64,000 nt of DNA from Eledone cirrhosa (Eukaryota): assembly GCA_964016885.1 (NCBI GenBank), contig OZ024744.1, positions 34,906,001-34,970,000 of the forward strand. The letters are read 5' to 3'. The translations under genes were made by a program, and so were the position numbers. Below the pieces are notes generated by a model. The model was not told the DNA's origin and made no database searches. It saw nothing but the letters and a program-made list of their open reading frames with translations. This document shows positions 1 through 12,950 of the stretch, piece after piece (the stretch's first letter is position 1; every line of letters begins with the position of its first letter).

Positions 1-21
1 TACCTTTCAGCAAAAAATTTA

Positions 22-148
<127 letters not shown>

Positions 149-1000
149 CATTTTAATTTTTAATTCTTACATTACTATTTTTCTAATGACACCCTCTAAA
201 GATATATTTTTTAGATGTAGATTAACTGACATTAGAAAAATGTATCTTCTTCACGACAGTTTCTTAGATAAGCACTTTACATATCTCCTCTTTTTTGATT
301 TTCAAACATTCACACATCTTTCGACTAAAATAATTAATCTCACACTAACGCTTCAAATTTATCGATTAACAAACAAAATTGGAGTTATCTTTCCTTTCTC
401 AATCGTGTAAACTTATATACGCAACTTCGCTAAATTAACAATATTATGACAACATTTTCAATGTTGAACAAAATATTCAAATCTATAAATTGTTCTTCTC
501 TTATAACTTAAAATACCTATTTATTTACATAAAACACAAAATCAACACCCTCGTAACTTATATTATAAACAACTAATAAGTGTAAATTATCTGTATCTCT
601 TTAATACTAATACATATGCAATTGTTAATATATACAGATATTTTTACATATAACCTACTACAATATTGTAATAAGATAAATACTTACAAACATAATTCTC
701 CATATAAGTATATACATAATATATTTCCCCAAAATTAACGTAAATATAAGGCCTTCTCTTCTTTTTTTCTTTTCCTTCCGTTTCTTTCTTTCCTACTAAT
801 ACAAACACATATCTAACTTCTCCATAGCGTCTAAAATAACGTTTTTTTCAAACATATACCTCAACCTCATTTACATATTCATTTGCATACTCATCTTAAC
901 AATTTTGAAAAATCTGTCTTTAAGTCCACTATCCAAGGAAAACTTCAACCGTTAAGGTATGTTCCCTGGCTATGTCAAAATTTATAAAAAATACAAAGTG

Positions 1001-1062
1001 TATTTTATCTGATGAAAGCATACCAAAGTTTTTAGTACCCTTGAAATATATATAATAGAATA
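1001..1062 (+). ncRNA. Minimal type I hammerhead ribozyme motif (PLE-type)
   Basis: TATTTTAT-CTGATGA(1009-1015)-imperfect stem II (AAG..TAC/GTA..CTT)-GAAA(1043-1046)-TATATA-TA/ATAGAATA. Stem I is 8 bp with one G-U pair. Confidence 0.7.
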
Positions 1063-1116
1063 AATATGGTTTTATAAATATAGTTTCCATTTATTTAATA
1101 TCATTGTATATATATA

Positions 1117-1681
1117 TCATCATCATCATTTTACGTCTGCTCTTCGCTGCTTGCAAGGGTGGGACGGGTCTTATTCAGCACAGCATCTCTCCACTTGTCA
1201 CGGTCCTTCGTCATCTCCACCATGAGCTTCAGCGATCTGAGGTCTGTTCTCACCGCCTCTGCCCATGTTTTTCGTGGTCTACCTCTACCACGTCTTCCTT
1301 CAACTGGCATTTCCTGGCACTTCTTCACCCATGGGTCATCCTCCATGCGCATCACATGTCCATACCACCTCAGTCTCCTCTCCCGTACACTACATTCTAT
1401 CCCTCTCAGACACAGTTTCTCTCTCAACACATTCATGCTGGGTCGTTCACGCACATTGACACTGCACATCCAACGGAGCATGCTTGTCTCATTTCTCTCC
1501 AGCCCTCGCATATCCTCTGCAGTTGCTGCCCATGTCTCACTACCATGCAGCATCGCACTCCTCACACAGGCATGATACAACCGGCCTTTCGTACGCAGGG
1601 AGAAACCCTTCTTTGTCAGCAGAGGAAGCAGCTCCCTAAACATCTTCCAACCCGTCCTTATTCTAGATACTATGGCCTCGG
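1117..1681 (-). mobile_element. RTE-clade LINE, 5'-truncated 3' end
   Basis: ORF 1131..1826 contains MLHGSETW, RLRWYGHVMRM and GRRGRGRPRKTW. Has an (ATG)n tail. The 5' end abuts (TA)n. Confidence 0.85.
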
Positions 1682-1682
1682 A

Positions 1683-1736
<54 letters not shown>

Positions 1737-2423
1737 TACCCGTCCCACCCTTGCAATCAGGGTAAAGCGGACGTAAAAGGATGATGATGATGATGATATA
1801 TATAGTATTAATATATAAGGGAACAAAGAATCAGTGTTGTATCATATACATATTTAATTACATATTAAACATATATATATGCCGGTTAGTAAACAATGAT
1901 GCAATGAATGTATGAATATATATGTACATATATTTTTTATATAGTGCGGTGAAAACTTAGAAGGTTGTTAGAGCACTCAGTCCAAAGGACAAGTTGGGTA
2001 TTGAGTTAATTCTACAACAATTACCAAACCATACTTGAGGGCATGTGTTTCACCTAAAGAGGATTTTCAACTCAGGTCTGGTTATGATGTGACCAAAAAT
2101 ATTTTAAATGGATCTAAGGCTTGCAGATTGTGCATTGATGAAAGATCAAATATCTTATAAAGTATAAGTTATAAGCAAGGAAAATTGGTGTACAAACCAA
2201 TTTTCCTTGCTTATAACTTTTTTGCCTGTATTTTTTTTTTGCTTGTGATTTTTACTTATACCTCTTACACTTTCAACCAGTGCTGCCTGTAATTGTGTTC
2301 TTTCAAGCAGAACATCTTTTTAACTCCTAACTCTCCACATGATGCCTATGACACTAAGAACAATTATGTACCCTAAATGTTCTAAATGACTAGGACTTTA
2401 GTAACATGTTTTGACATTCCTTA

Positions 2424-2470
2424 TGCTCCGATGAATTCAGACTTCCCTCTGGAAGAAACAATTGTCAGCA
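2424..2470 (+). ncRNA. Minimal type I hammerhead motif, CCGAUGA (U4C) core variant
   Basis: TGCT-CCGATGA-A-TTCAGA(cttccc)TCTGGA-A-GAAA-CAATTG-TC/AGCA, followed by AATAAA and (TA)n. Confidence 0.7.
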
Positions 2471-2506
2471 AATAAATGTTCTAAATTAAAATTTGATCGT
2501 TTTAAC

Positions 2507-2537
<31 letters not shown>

Positions 2538-2578
2538 GGTATTAATAAATGGAAACTATATTTATAAAACAATCTTTG

Positions 2579-2615
2579 TATTTTATCTGATGAGTGAAAT
2601 ATATATAATAAAGTA
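2579..2615 (+). ncRNA. Hammerhead motif lacking stem II, at the apex of a long hairpin
   Basis: TATTTTAT-CTGATGA-GT-GAAA-TATATA-TA/ATAAAGTA. Same family as the 1001 copy, since the downstream sequence is shared. Confidence 0.6.
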
Positions 2616-2748
2616 AATAAATATTGTTTTATAAATATAGTTTCCATTTATTAATATCATTGATATTATACTCCAGAAATCCTGTCGAGTGCTTCGAATC
2701 TGTTATAAATATATTTGTTGAATTACCAACAAATTAAATATCCCTTTG

Positions 2749-3680
<932 letters not shown>

Positions 3681-3684
3681 GTAG

Positions 3685-3960
3685 ACTCAGACTCAGAAGC
3701 TGCCGCGTCTTGCGACGCATGAGGCAATCATAGTGTTCCATCGCGTTCGGTAAGCAGTCAGTTTCACAGCCTCCCGCCATTGTCTGTTTGTCGCTCGCAG
3801 GTCCCTCTCAACTGTCTGGCGCCAGTTCATATTGGGTCGCCCTCTCCATTTGCTTCCCTGCGGGCTCCATTTAAGTACTTGGTTCGCCAGTCTCTCTGGG
3901 GAAAGTCTCAAAGCGTGTCCAAACCAGCCCATGTGTCGCTTGCAGATGGTAGAAGAGACT
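3685..3960 (-). mobile_element. RTE/LINE 3' fragment inserted in the PLE
   Basis: WFGHALR...LKWSPQGSKWRGRP..NWRQTVERDL in ORF 3693..4055. Confidence 0.7.
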
Positions 3961-4600
3961 AGCATTAGTAGGGGAGTAAGCAATTGTTTGTGACCAGTTT
4001 TATGGCTCGATAGGATCAGACCATCGTCACAATATAAACCCATATGGAAGTCCAAGAATTTAGTTCGTAATGTATCTAAAAAATATTTAATTGCAACATT
4101 TATGAGTTAGGAATTACGATAACAGTAGCTACTAACCTTACTAGCGTAGATTACTTAGACATAAATTTAGATCTTCACACACACACCTTTAGACCCTTCC
4201 ATAAACTAAATGAAAAACTAAATTACATATACAAGAACTCATGCCACCCTCCTACAGTTTTTAGAAACTTCGTTAAAAATATCAGTACTAGAATCTTTAA
4301 CCTCTCTTTGGATAAAACAATCTTTGACAGAGCGGTACCCTACTACAATGTAACGTTAGCTAACAGCGGCTTCTCACAACCAATTGCTTACTCCCCTACT
4401 AATGCCAACAATAGAAAAAGAAATCGTGATAACTGAAAAATAATTTGGTTCTACCCGATCCCCTTCTCACTCAACATTAAAACTAATGTAGGTAAAAGGT
4501 TTTTAGCTCTCTCAGATAGGCACTTCCCCATAGGTCATAAATATCGTTCCATTTTTAACAGACACAGGGTGAAAATAGGATACTTCTGTGCTAAGAATAT
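3961..4600. mobile_element. Penelope-like RT fragments in opposite orientations (3961-4075 minus; ~4080-4600 plus)
   Basis: Minus strand GLYCDDGLIL (YRDD-like). Plus strand VDYLDINLDL..RPFHK...HPP...KTNVGKRFL..RHFP, which is similar in reverse complement to 3490-3660 and similar to 63190-64000. Confidence 0.7.
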
Positions 4601-4924
4601 ATATTTGCTATTGAAGCAGTTAAGCCATACCTTAGGGCACAACATCCTTGTAACTTTTCTACTATTTATACTCTGCTTTTCATACATATAGAATACTAAG
4701 TTGTATAATGGCCTTACTGGCTGGTCATAACCAGTAACATTTCACCTATATATATATATGTAGTAATAATTATATTTATATATAGAAATATAAATAAGAT
4801 AAGGGTAATATTGTATATTACCCGATTACCAGTAAGATAAATAGCTCCATGTAAAATATCAGATGTACTACAGAGCAGGAATACAACATAAATAACAATC
4901 AAATTGTGTTTAAGGCATTTATTA

Positions 4925-4969
4925 GCTTACACTTGTTTCATCCAAACATAGGTCTGGTTTCATCGGAGC
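4925..4969 (-). ncRNA. Hammerhead motif, second CCGAUGA (U4C) copy
   Basis: Minus strand GCT-CCGATGA-AACCAGAC(ctat)GTTTGGAT-GAAA-CAAGTG-TA/AGC, then AATAAA. Flanks are similar to the 2424 copy. Confidence 0.65.
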
Positions 4970-5433
4970 ATATAAAAGGTTAAAACAAATATATTCCTCA
5001 TCATTAGAACATTTAACAGGATACATTTTATGTGAGAAGACTAATTATAAGTGTTAATTCAAATATATTAAGGAGCAAGAGCATAGGAAAGTTGAACAGA
5101 TATGAAAATAGTAATGAAATATTGTAATGAAAAATTGTATTCCAGCTATAATATAAATATTAGGAGGTGTATGTTGTAGATAAGGATATGGTTATTACTT
5201 ATAGCAAAATAATTATAATAATTATATTATAACAAGAATATTATATCAAAAATATTAATTACAATAATTACAAGAATATATATATGCTCCGATATATATG
5301 CTCCGATGCATAGAGATGCCATAAACTTGTCGGAACTCCATGCCCGGCTTTTTGAGTGGTTTATCCCCTCTATGGTCTGTGTGTTTCGTCTCAAGTACCC
5401 ATGAACAACTTTCTCTGTAAAATGGTCCATTTT

Positions 5434-5855
5434 TTAATCTTGTCCGAGCATTGAATAGGATCTTCCAATGTCCCTGTGAGAGAGATTTATATCAGGCCTT
5501 ATTCGATATCTCTCCTCCAGATCAGTGGCTATCCTAAAGATATTATTTCCTTCGTGCTCATAAAGCTGGGCAAGATGGGTGCTGACCTTTTTCTTCTGTT
5601 GAAGATGTTGCTTCAGTGTTACTATCTGGGTTTCATATGATGTTAATATGGATTTTAGACCCCGGGCCACCTTCCTTGCATGAGAAGTATAGCCTATCCA
5701 CATCACCATTGATGTTAAAGTAACACTGAGAATCTTGCGAGTTCTTATATCCATCTCTCTTAGTTCTTGCAAAGACCAGTTCAGCAGACCAAATGTTGGT
5801 GTTAGGATTGTAGTCAAAGTATTTCTTGTACACTGATAGTTGCTGATGACCATAT
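5434..5855 (-). mobile_element. R4/Dong-like LINE fragment
   Basis: PTFGLLNWS..ELREMDIRTRKIL and DVDRLY..KEGG motifs, frameshifted. Confidence 0.7.
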
Positions 5856-6006
5856 TTTTATTACTCTACTGAGGTATCTGTAGTTGTCACCTGACTGTAG
5901 AGGTTGTATTGCCAAGCCATTCATCTCTAGATTTCCAGAGGAAGGCACAACCCTTCCACGTTTTACTGTCAAATATGCACATTTGGACTCATCATTTTAT
6001 TCTGAT

Positions 6007-7812
6007 GTATGTATGTTCTTCTGGTTTTATAATTTCACAAATTTTTACCAATAGAGAGAGAGTCGGTTTCTAACATAGACACAAGACTCTCTCATTGGAA
6101 TTTACACAACATCAGCTAGGTAGATTATGTATATATGTGTAGATATGGATGTTATTGTATGTGTGGATGTGTATGTTTTGAGTTATATGTGTGCATGTGT
6201 ATATGCTTTGCATCTGTACATGTGTATATGCAGTTATTAGATGCAATATTTTTGGAATGTTTTACATATTTTTACTGTTCCATTAATGGATTGTACTTGT
6301 AATTTCCTAACTAGTTGTGTTCTTTCTGTTCCTGTGAAGCCTAGCTTCTCAAGATTTGTATTGAGGCAGTTACTAACATACCCCAGTGACCCAATAATCA
6401 CATGCATAAATCTGAAGGTATAATCAGGGTGGAGTATCTGCAGATTTCTCATCAGTTCTGCATAAATATTCTCCTTTTCGTTAATCTTTGATATTATATT
6501 GGCATCTGCTGGGCAGCTAATTTCAACTACTGTGCATGTTTTCTTCTCCCTGTCCCATATCATAATATCTGGTCTGTTATGCCTGCATTTTATTGGGGTT
6601 TTACTGGAACATTCCACCAGTACTCTTTCATATTATGTACATGGATGTCTACCACATTGTTGTAGCTTTTAATGTGTTTATTATCGGGGCTATCTTTTTT
6701 ACGAACTGCATTGTACAATGTTTTGGCCACTACATCATGCCTCATGGGGAGATAGTACCGCGATGACATCTTTGGACAGCTGCTAATGACATGGGTGATA
6801 TCCTCGATGTTAGTTCTGCAGAGTCTGCACTTGTTATCACATCTAGGTGTTTTTCCTGCATCCCTATCTCTTTTGTGAATCAGGTATTTCGTGTTAATCT
6901 CCTGTTCTTGGATTGCAAAAGTGTATCCTTCAAAGTGGGAGCCAATATAGTGGTTATTGGTCCAAGATAGACTACATTCCTTATCTATATTACTCTCACT
7001 CTGGAGCTTCCTAGCAACATATCCATGCATGATTTTTTGCTAATAAGCATGCAGTTTTTCATCCATGGATTCACTGCGATACTGTTGAGCGACTTCCCTG
7101 GGTGCGAGTTTTTGATTATCACACAGGGAATATCTCTCGAGGAGTTCCTTCCCAACTCTCATGATCTTATCTGTTTCATGCAGATAGACTTGCTCGAGAA
7201 ACGGGCTCCTACGCTTCGAGGTTCGTAGATGTTGTCGGAGAGATATGATGCGACATTCAAATGTTGTCTGGACTGATGTTAGGCCTCTGCCTCCCTGCTT
7301 ACGTTTCAAGTAAAGGCGGTCGCTGTCACTGTTGATGTGGAAGTTTCCGGTGTTGTTCAGTATTTTTCGAGTTCCAACATCAACTGCGCGGATTTCGTCT
7401 ATCGTCCAATTGAGTATTCCAAACGTTCGTGTTAGGACAGGCACAGCAAACACATTGTGAGCCACTGTTTTGTTTTGCGCAGAGAGTTCCGATGACCAGA
7501 TCTTTCTTAATCGGGTTTAGTATTCCCTGGTTACGCGTTCCTTATTACAGATGCCATTATAGCATATGTTCTCATCTATCCCCAGGTATCTGTAGCAGTC
7601 CTCATCAGATATCGGTGAAACAGTTAGACCATTGATGACAATGTTGCTAGATTGGGTTGTTGTTTTTCCCCGCTTTACAGTCATGTATGAGCATTAATCT
7701 TGGCCAAACTCCATTCCTATATCCTTTGAGAATGTTGTAACCAGGCAAGATTTTTCTTCATCCCATCCATGTTCTTGGCATAGAGTTTCAAATCGTCCAC
7801 AAAGAAATTATG
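6007..7812 (-). mobile_element. R4/Dong-like LINE with restriction-like endonuclease, 5'-truncated and frameshifted
   Basis: RT FVDDLKLYAK at ~7780-7810, CRLC..EDITHVISSC knuckle, RHD, RPDIM..EISCP RLE. The 3' UTR ends in (TACA)n. Confidence 0.85.
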
Positions 7813-8348
7813 CAGTGTGGCTAAGAGAAATCCGAAATACCTATCGCTCCTTCACTACAACAAAAACATACGAAATAAGTTATTAGATATATATATATAC
7901 GAAATATGTATACAATATATATATACAAAATAAGTCATTAGATGCAGAATTTTTGGAATGTTTTAAATATGTTTACTGTTCCATTAATGGATTGTACTTG
8001 TAATTTCCTAATTACTATGTATGTATGATTGCATGTATGTGTGTATGTATGCATGTATGTGTGTATGGGTGTGTGTATGAGTGTGTGTGTTTGTAAATGT
8101 ATGTATGTGTATATTAGTAAATGTCTATATTCATCTGTGTTCATTGATATATGTGTGTATATCCATTTACCATATATACTCATGTAAAAGACCATCTCAT
8201 GCAAAAGTTAACATCTGTGAATCAAGGTATCATCATGGACTTAAGTGTTACATTGAGGAAATCTTAAACAATGTTATGTTCTTATGAACACCTCAAAACA
8301 CACTAAAAAAACTTAAATATGCCTGCGTTACTATTATGAATTTTGCTA

Positions 8349-8427
<79 letters not shown>

Positions 8428-9348
8428 TGTTTAACGTCCATTTTCCACGCTAGCATGGGTTAGACGGGAGTTGTCCCACTTGAGGCAAGGTTGGTCGGGT
8501 GACCATGTCTCGCTCATATAGGACTATCTGGCAGGTTTTGAAACACCCGTCCACAAATAATACAATATCTCATTTCGTTCTTATTTCCACTTAGGGTTTC
8601 TTCCTATGTAATTTAAGAGGTCTCTTCAATCCACCACTTGAGTTGCAAATTTTCTGACAAACATCAACTGATTCTCTGTAACAGAGTTTGAATAGTCAAC
8701 TTGGACTTTACCATCATGTGCTGGTTGGTGTGACTTCAAGCCAGCGTACAAAAGGCCCACCTTAGAACACACAGGGTATTTGACAACCAACACTGGATAA
8801 GATTTATCATTTTTACTGTTAGCCTCATTCTTCTACACTTCTCTGTTCAGTTCTCATGTTTTATCCTCCCCGTTTAAAATGTTTTAACTACATTCCAAAT
8901 GGTATTTCTCTAGGCCACCCTTTCAAGATTTTTGTAGGATGTGTTAAGGTATTTTAAGTTCTCTTTTATCATCATCATCATCATTATCATCATCGTTTAA
9001 CGTCCATATTCCACGCTTGCATGGGTTTGGATGGGAGTTTTCCCACTTGAGGCAAGAGTGGTTGTCTTGCTCGCATAGGACCGTCTGGCGGGTTTTCTAC
9101 AGCTGGATGCCCTTCCTAACACCAACCACATTTACAGTGTGGAACTGGGAACTTTTTACCATGTTACCTACACGGCCACATTACAACGTGGACTGTGTGT
9201 TTTTTTGTCGTGACACCTACACGATCTCGATCTCATTTTCTCATGCTGTTGGTGGGAGTGGGAGGATGGGGTAGGGGTAGTGGATTGGGGTGTATATTTG
9301 GTCAAGAGGTGCCTACTATTTATTCTTAATATTCGCCTGCCTTATCTA

Positions 9349-9443
9349 CAGGGTGTCCCTCCAAAAAATGTATACAGACTTTGATTATCTGTACAAGCAA
9401 TATTTATTAGAATGCTGTGTATACATTTTGGGTGGACACCCTG
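9349..9443. mobile_element. Tc1/mariner-type MITE
   Basis: TIRs CAGGGTGTCC...AAAATGTATACA / TGTATACATTTT...GGACACCCTG, flanked by TA on both sides. Confidence 0.8.
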
Positions 9444-10169
9444 TATTTAAATCATTGTGCCTAAATCCACAGGTGATGTGGATTTCTGAGGAATATTTTA
9501 TTTTATTGACTGGAAGGATGAAAGGTAAAACTAGCTTCGGCAAGATTTGAATTCAGATCGTAAAGAAGTGTAACTCTATACCATAAAGCATGTTGTCAGA
9601 TGCTCCATTGATTATTGATACCGCCAATCCACCACCCTTTGGCAAAACATAATTTTGATTCCTTCCTGCCTTTATATGAACCTTGATTGGACATGCAGCT
9701 GTGGATGATTATCTCACAGTTAGATTGGTCAGTAAGACTCTATGATACTTAACTCTCTAATTTGTTATCAGAAATATATGCTGTAGTTGTGGGCTTTCAA
9801 TTTTCCTTTAGCTAATTTAATGAGTGTAATGCAATATAAGAACAGCTGGAAATATTTAGAAGAGCTACACACCCTTATTTATGTGGTTTATTATTAGGAA
9901 GTGGGTTTTGATGTATAGACACATTAGTATTATCACTGTAAATCAGAGCAGTGGATTAGCAGTATCAATAGAGAGTCGGACATCTTTTGCAGCACAAAGT
10001 TATGCCCCTTTACGTCTTAGTTTCATTCCTGCTGAGGTTAGCTTTGCCCTTCATTCTTATGGGGTTGATAAAATAAAATACCAGTAACGCACTGTGATCA
10101 ATTTATTCGACTTTCCTCTTCCCTGTGAATTGCTGGCCTTGTGCCAAATGTAGAAACATATATTTTATA

Positions 10170-12950
10170 CAGAGTGAACGATAGAATAATTAAAATAAGA
10201 CTTGTCCTAAATAGAACTGCTGTGACAATAATATCTGCGTATGCACCCCAACCCGGACTGCCTGGCATTATAAAAGACAGATTCTATGAGTCGTTAATGC
10301 TCACTACCTCCCAACTAACCGACAGTGACTATATAATTATTGCTGGCGACCTAAATGGTCACGTTGGACAACATTGTGACGGCTATGACGGAATCCATGG
10401 GGGCTATGGTTTTGGTACTAGAAATGAGGAAGGCTCCAGAATCCTGGAATTCTATGACGCAAATAACCTAACTATCTGTAACAGAAACTTCAAAAAACGA
10501 GACAATCACTTGATCACCTACAGATCAGGGGAACACGCCAGTCAGATAGATTATATCCTTACCAGAAGATGTGACAGAGTGTCTGTTGTAAACACTAAAT
10601 CCCTCCCCTATGAAGAATGCACCTCCCAACATAGCCTCATAGTTAGCGACCTCATAGTCAGGACGAGACGTACTCGACAACAGAAGAGGACTATCCTCAG
10701 GAGAAAAATATGGAAGCTAAAGGACCCCACAGCCAGTAATAAATTTAAAAGCATATTACTTGATGCTTTTGACAGTAAGGAAGAGCAATTAGAGTCGTAC
10801 AATATAGAGGAACAGTGGGAATTCCTGAAAGCTAACCTGCTGAGGGGACAGATGAAATCTGTGGCTGGAGCAGACCTATAGGCAGGAGGAGAGTAACTTG
10901 GTGGTGGAACAGTAAAGTGGAGGAGTCAATTAAGGCCAAAAAGCAGGCTTGGAAAGTGTGGCGGGATTGGGGAAGTAGAGAAGACTATCAAGTGGCCAGG
11001 AGGGAAGCTAGGAGACAAGTGTACTTCGCAAAAAGGGAAGCAGAGGAAAGAAAATTCAAGCATGTTCTACAACGCAAGGACGAAAAACGTGAGGTGTTCA
11101 GGATTGCTAGGCAATGTGTCAAGGAGGACCGAGATATTGTCGGGGAGAAGTGTGTCCGTAATGATGATGGTGTACTTGCCATCACTGACGCTGATAAGAA
11201 GGTAGCTTGGAAGTGTCACTACGAAAGGCTACTAAATAAGGAGAATAAATGGGAGAAAGACGGTCTCCCCCACATCGACCCGATAGAGGGACCAGCAGTG
11301 CAAGTTGAAGGTAGTATAATAAGTAAGGCAATCAAAGATATGAAGATGGGCAAGGCGGCTGGGCCTTCGGAAATAGTTGCTGAAATGCTGAAAGCATCTG
11401 GAATCGTGGGACATACTATGGTCACCCGGATAGTAAACCAAGTCGTACAGAATGGGGTTGTTCCGAAGGACTGGCGTAGCAGCAGCATCATTAACTGTTA
11501 CAAGGGTAAAGGAGATGCCCTAGATAGGGGAAACTATAGAGGCATTAAATTAATTGACCAGGTCATGAAGGTCACAGAAAAAGTTATAGCGCAACTAATC
11601 AGAGAGCGAATTGATCTAGATGAAATTCAGTTTGGGTTTGTGTCAGGTAAAAGTACAACAGACGCTCTTTTCTTTGTACGACAACTACAGGAGAAGTACC
11701 TAGCTAAAAGTAAACCCCTATACTTAGCATTTGTTGACTTGGAGAAAGCCTTTGACAGAGTCCCCCGCTCCATTATCTGGTGGGCTCTTAGAAAACTAGG
11801 TGTTGATGAATGGCTCGTGAGAGCTATACAAGCCATGTATAAAGAAACAGTCAGTAAGGTTAGAATTAACAACGAATATAGTGAAGAATTTAGCGTAACA
11901 GTCGGTGTTCATCAGGGCTCTGTCCTTAGCCCCCTCCTATTTATTATTGCCCTTCAGGCTATAACAGAGGAGTTCAAGACTGGCTGCCCATGGGAACTTC
12001 TATATGCAGATGATCTAACGCTCATAGCTGAATCAATGGCTGAACTAGAGAAGAAATTCCAAACTTGGAAGCATGGCCTAGAATCAAAAGGCCTTAAAAT
12101 TAACCTGTCTAAGATTAAAGTTCTAGTATGTAGGGAGGAAAATAGGGCACTGGTCCCTTCTGAGAAATGGCCATGCTCAGTGTGTAGGAAAGGAATAGGC
12201 AGAAACTCCATTTAATGTCCCAAATGCAAACTATGGGTGCATAAAAGATGTAATGGGATCACAGGCAAGCTAACTAAGAATATCGATTTTATATGTGGCC
12301 GGTGCTCTGGTGCAATAAGTAGCAGCAAATGCCCACAGAATACTAGCTCATTCCATTGCCCAGATGGTTCTATAGAAATAGTGGACACCTTCCGTTACCT
12401 GGGTGACAAAATCAGCAGTGGTGGAGGGTGCTCCGAAAGTACTGTAGCTAGAGTCCGAACGGGATGGAAAAATTTCAGAGAGCTTATACCACTATTGGCC
12501 GCTAAAGGTTTCTCTCTAAAAATGAAAGGGAGGTTGTATGATGCCTGCATACGAACAGCAATGTTACATGGCAGTGAGACCTGGGCATTGTGTGTAGAGG
12601 ATATACGCAGACTGGAGAGGAACGAAGCTTGCATGCTCCGCTGGATGTGTAATAGTAATAAACGTGAACGGCAAAGCATAAACGAACTAAGGGAGAAATT
12701 AGGAATATGAGGGATCAGATGTTGTTTACTCGAGAGAAGACTACGTTGGTACGGTCACGTGATGCGCATGAAAGACAACAGCTGTATAAAAAAGTGCAGG
12801 GACGGTAGCCACGGGGTAGGCAGACCCAGAAAAACCTGGGACGACTTGATAAAATCCGACCTCACACACTTACACTTCTCCAAGATAATGTCACTGGACC
12901 AAGATCTTTGGCGTTACACAGTAACACAGAAGACCCGCCTTGCCTAAGTA
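10170..12950 (+). mobile_element. RTE-clade LINE (AP endonuclease + RT + PHD-like Cys/His insert), inactivated
   Basis: SAYAPQ, GDLNGHVG, QIDYIL; NYRGIKL, FVDLEKAFD, QGSVLSP, YADD. In-frame stops at 12213 and 12708, frameshift near 10850. Confidence 0.92.

Noticed and set aside
3693-4055. 120-aa ORF as a gene
   Set aside because: Chance in-frame junction of a Penelope RT piece and an RTE tail.
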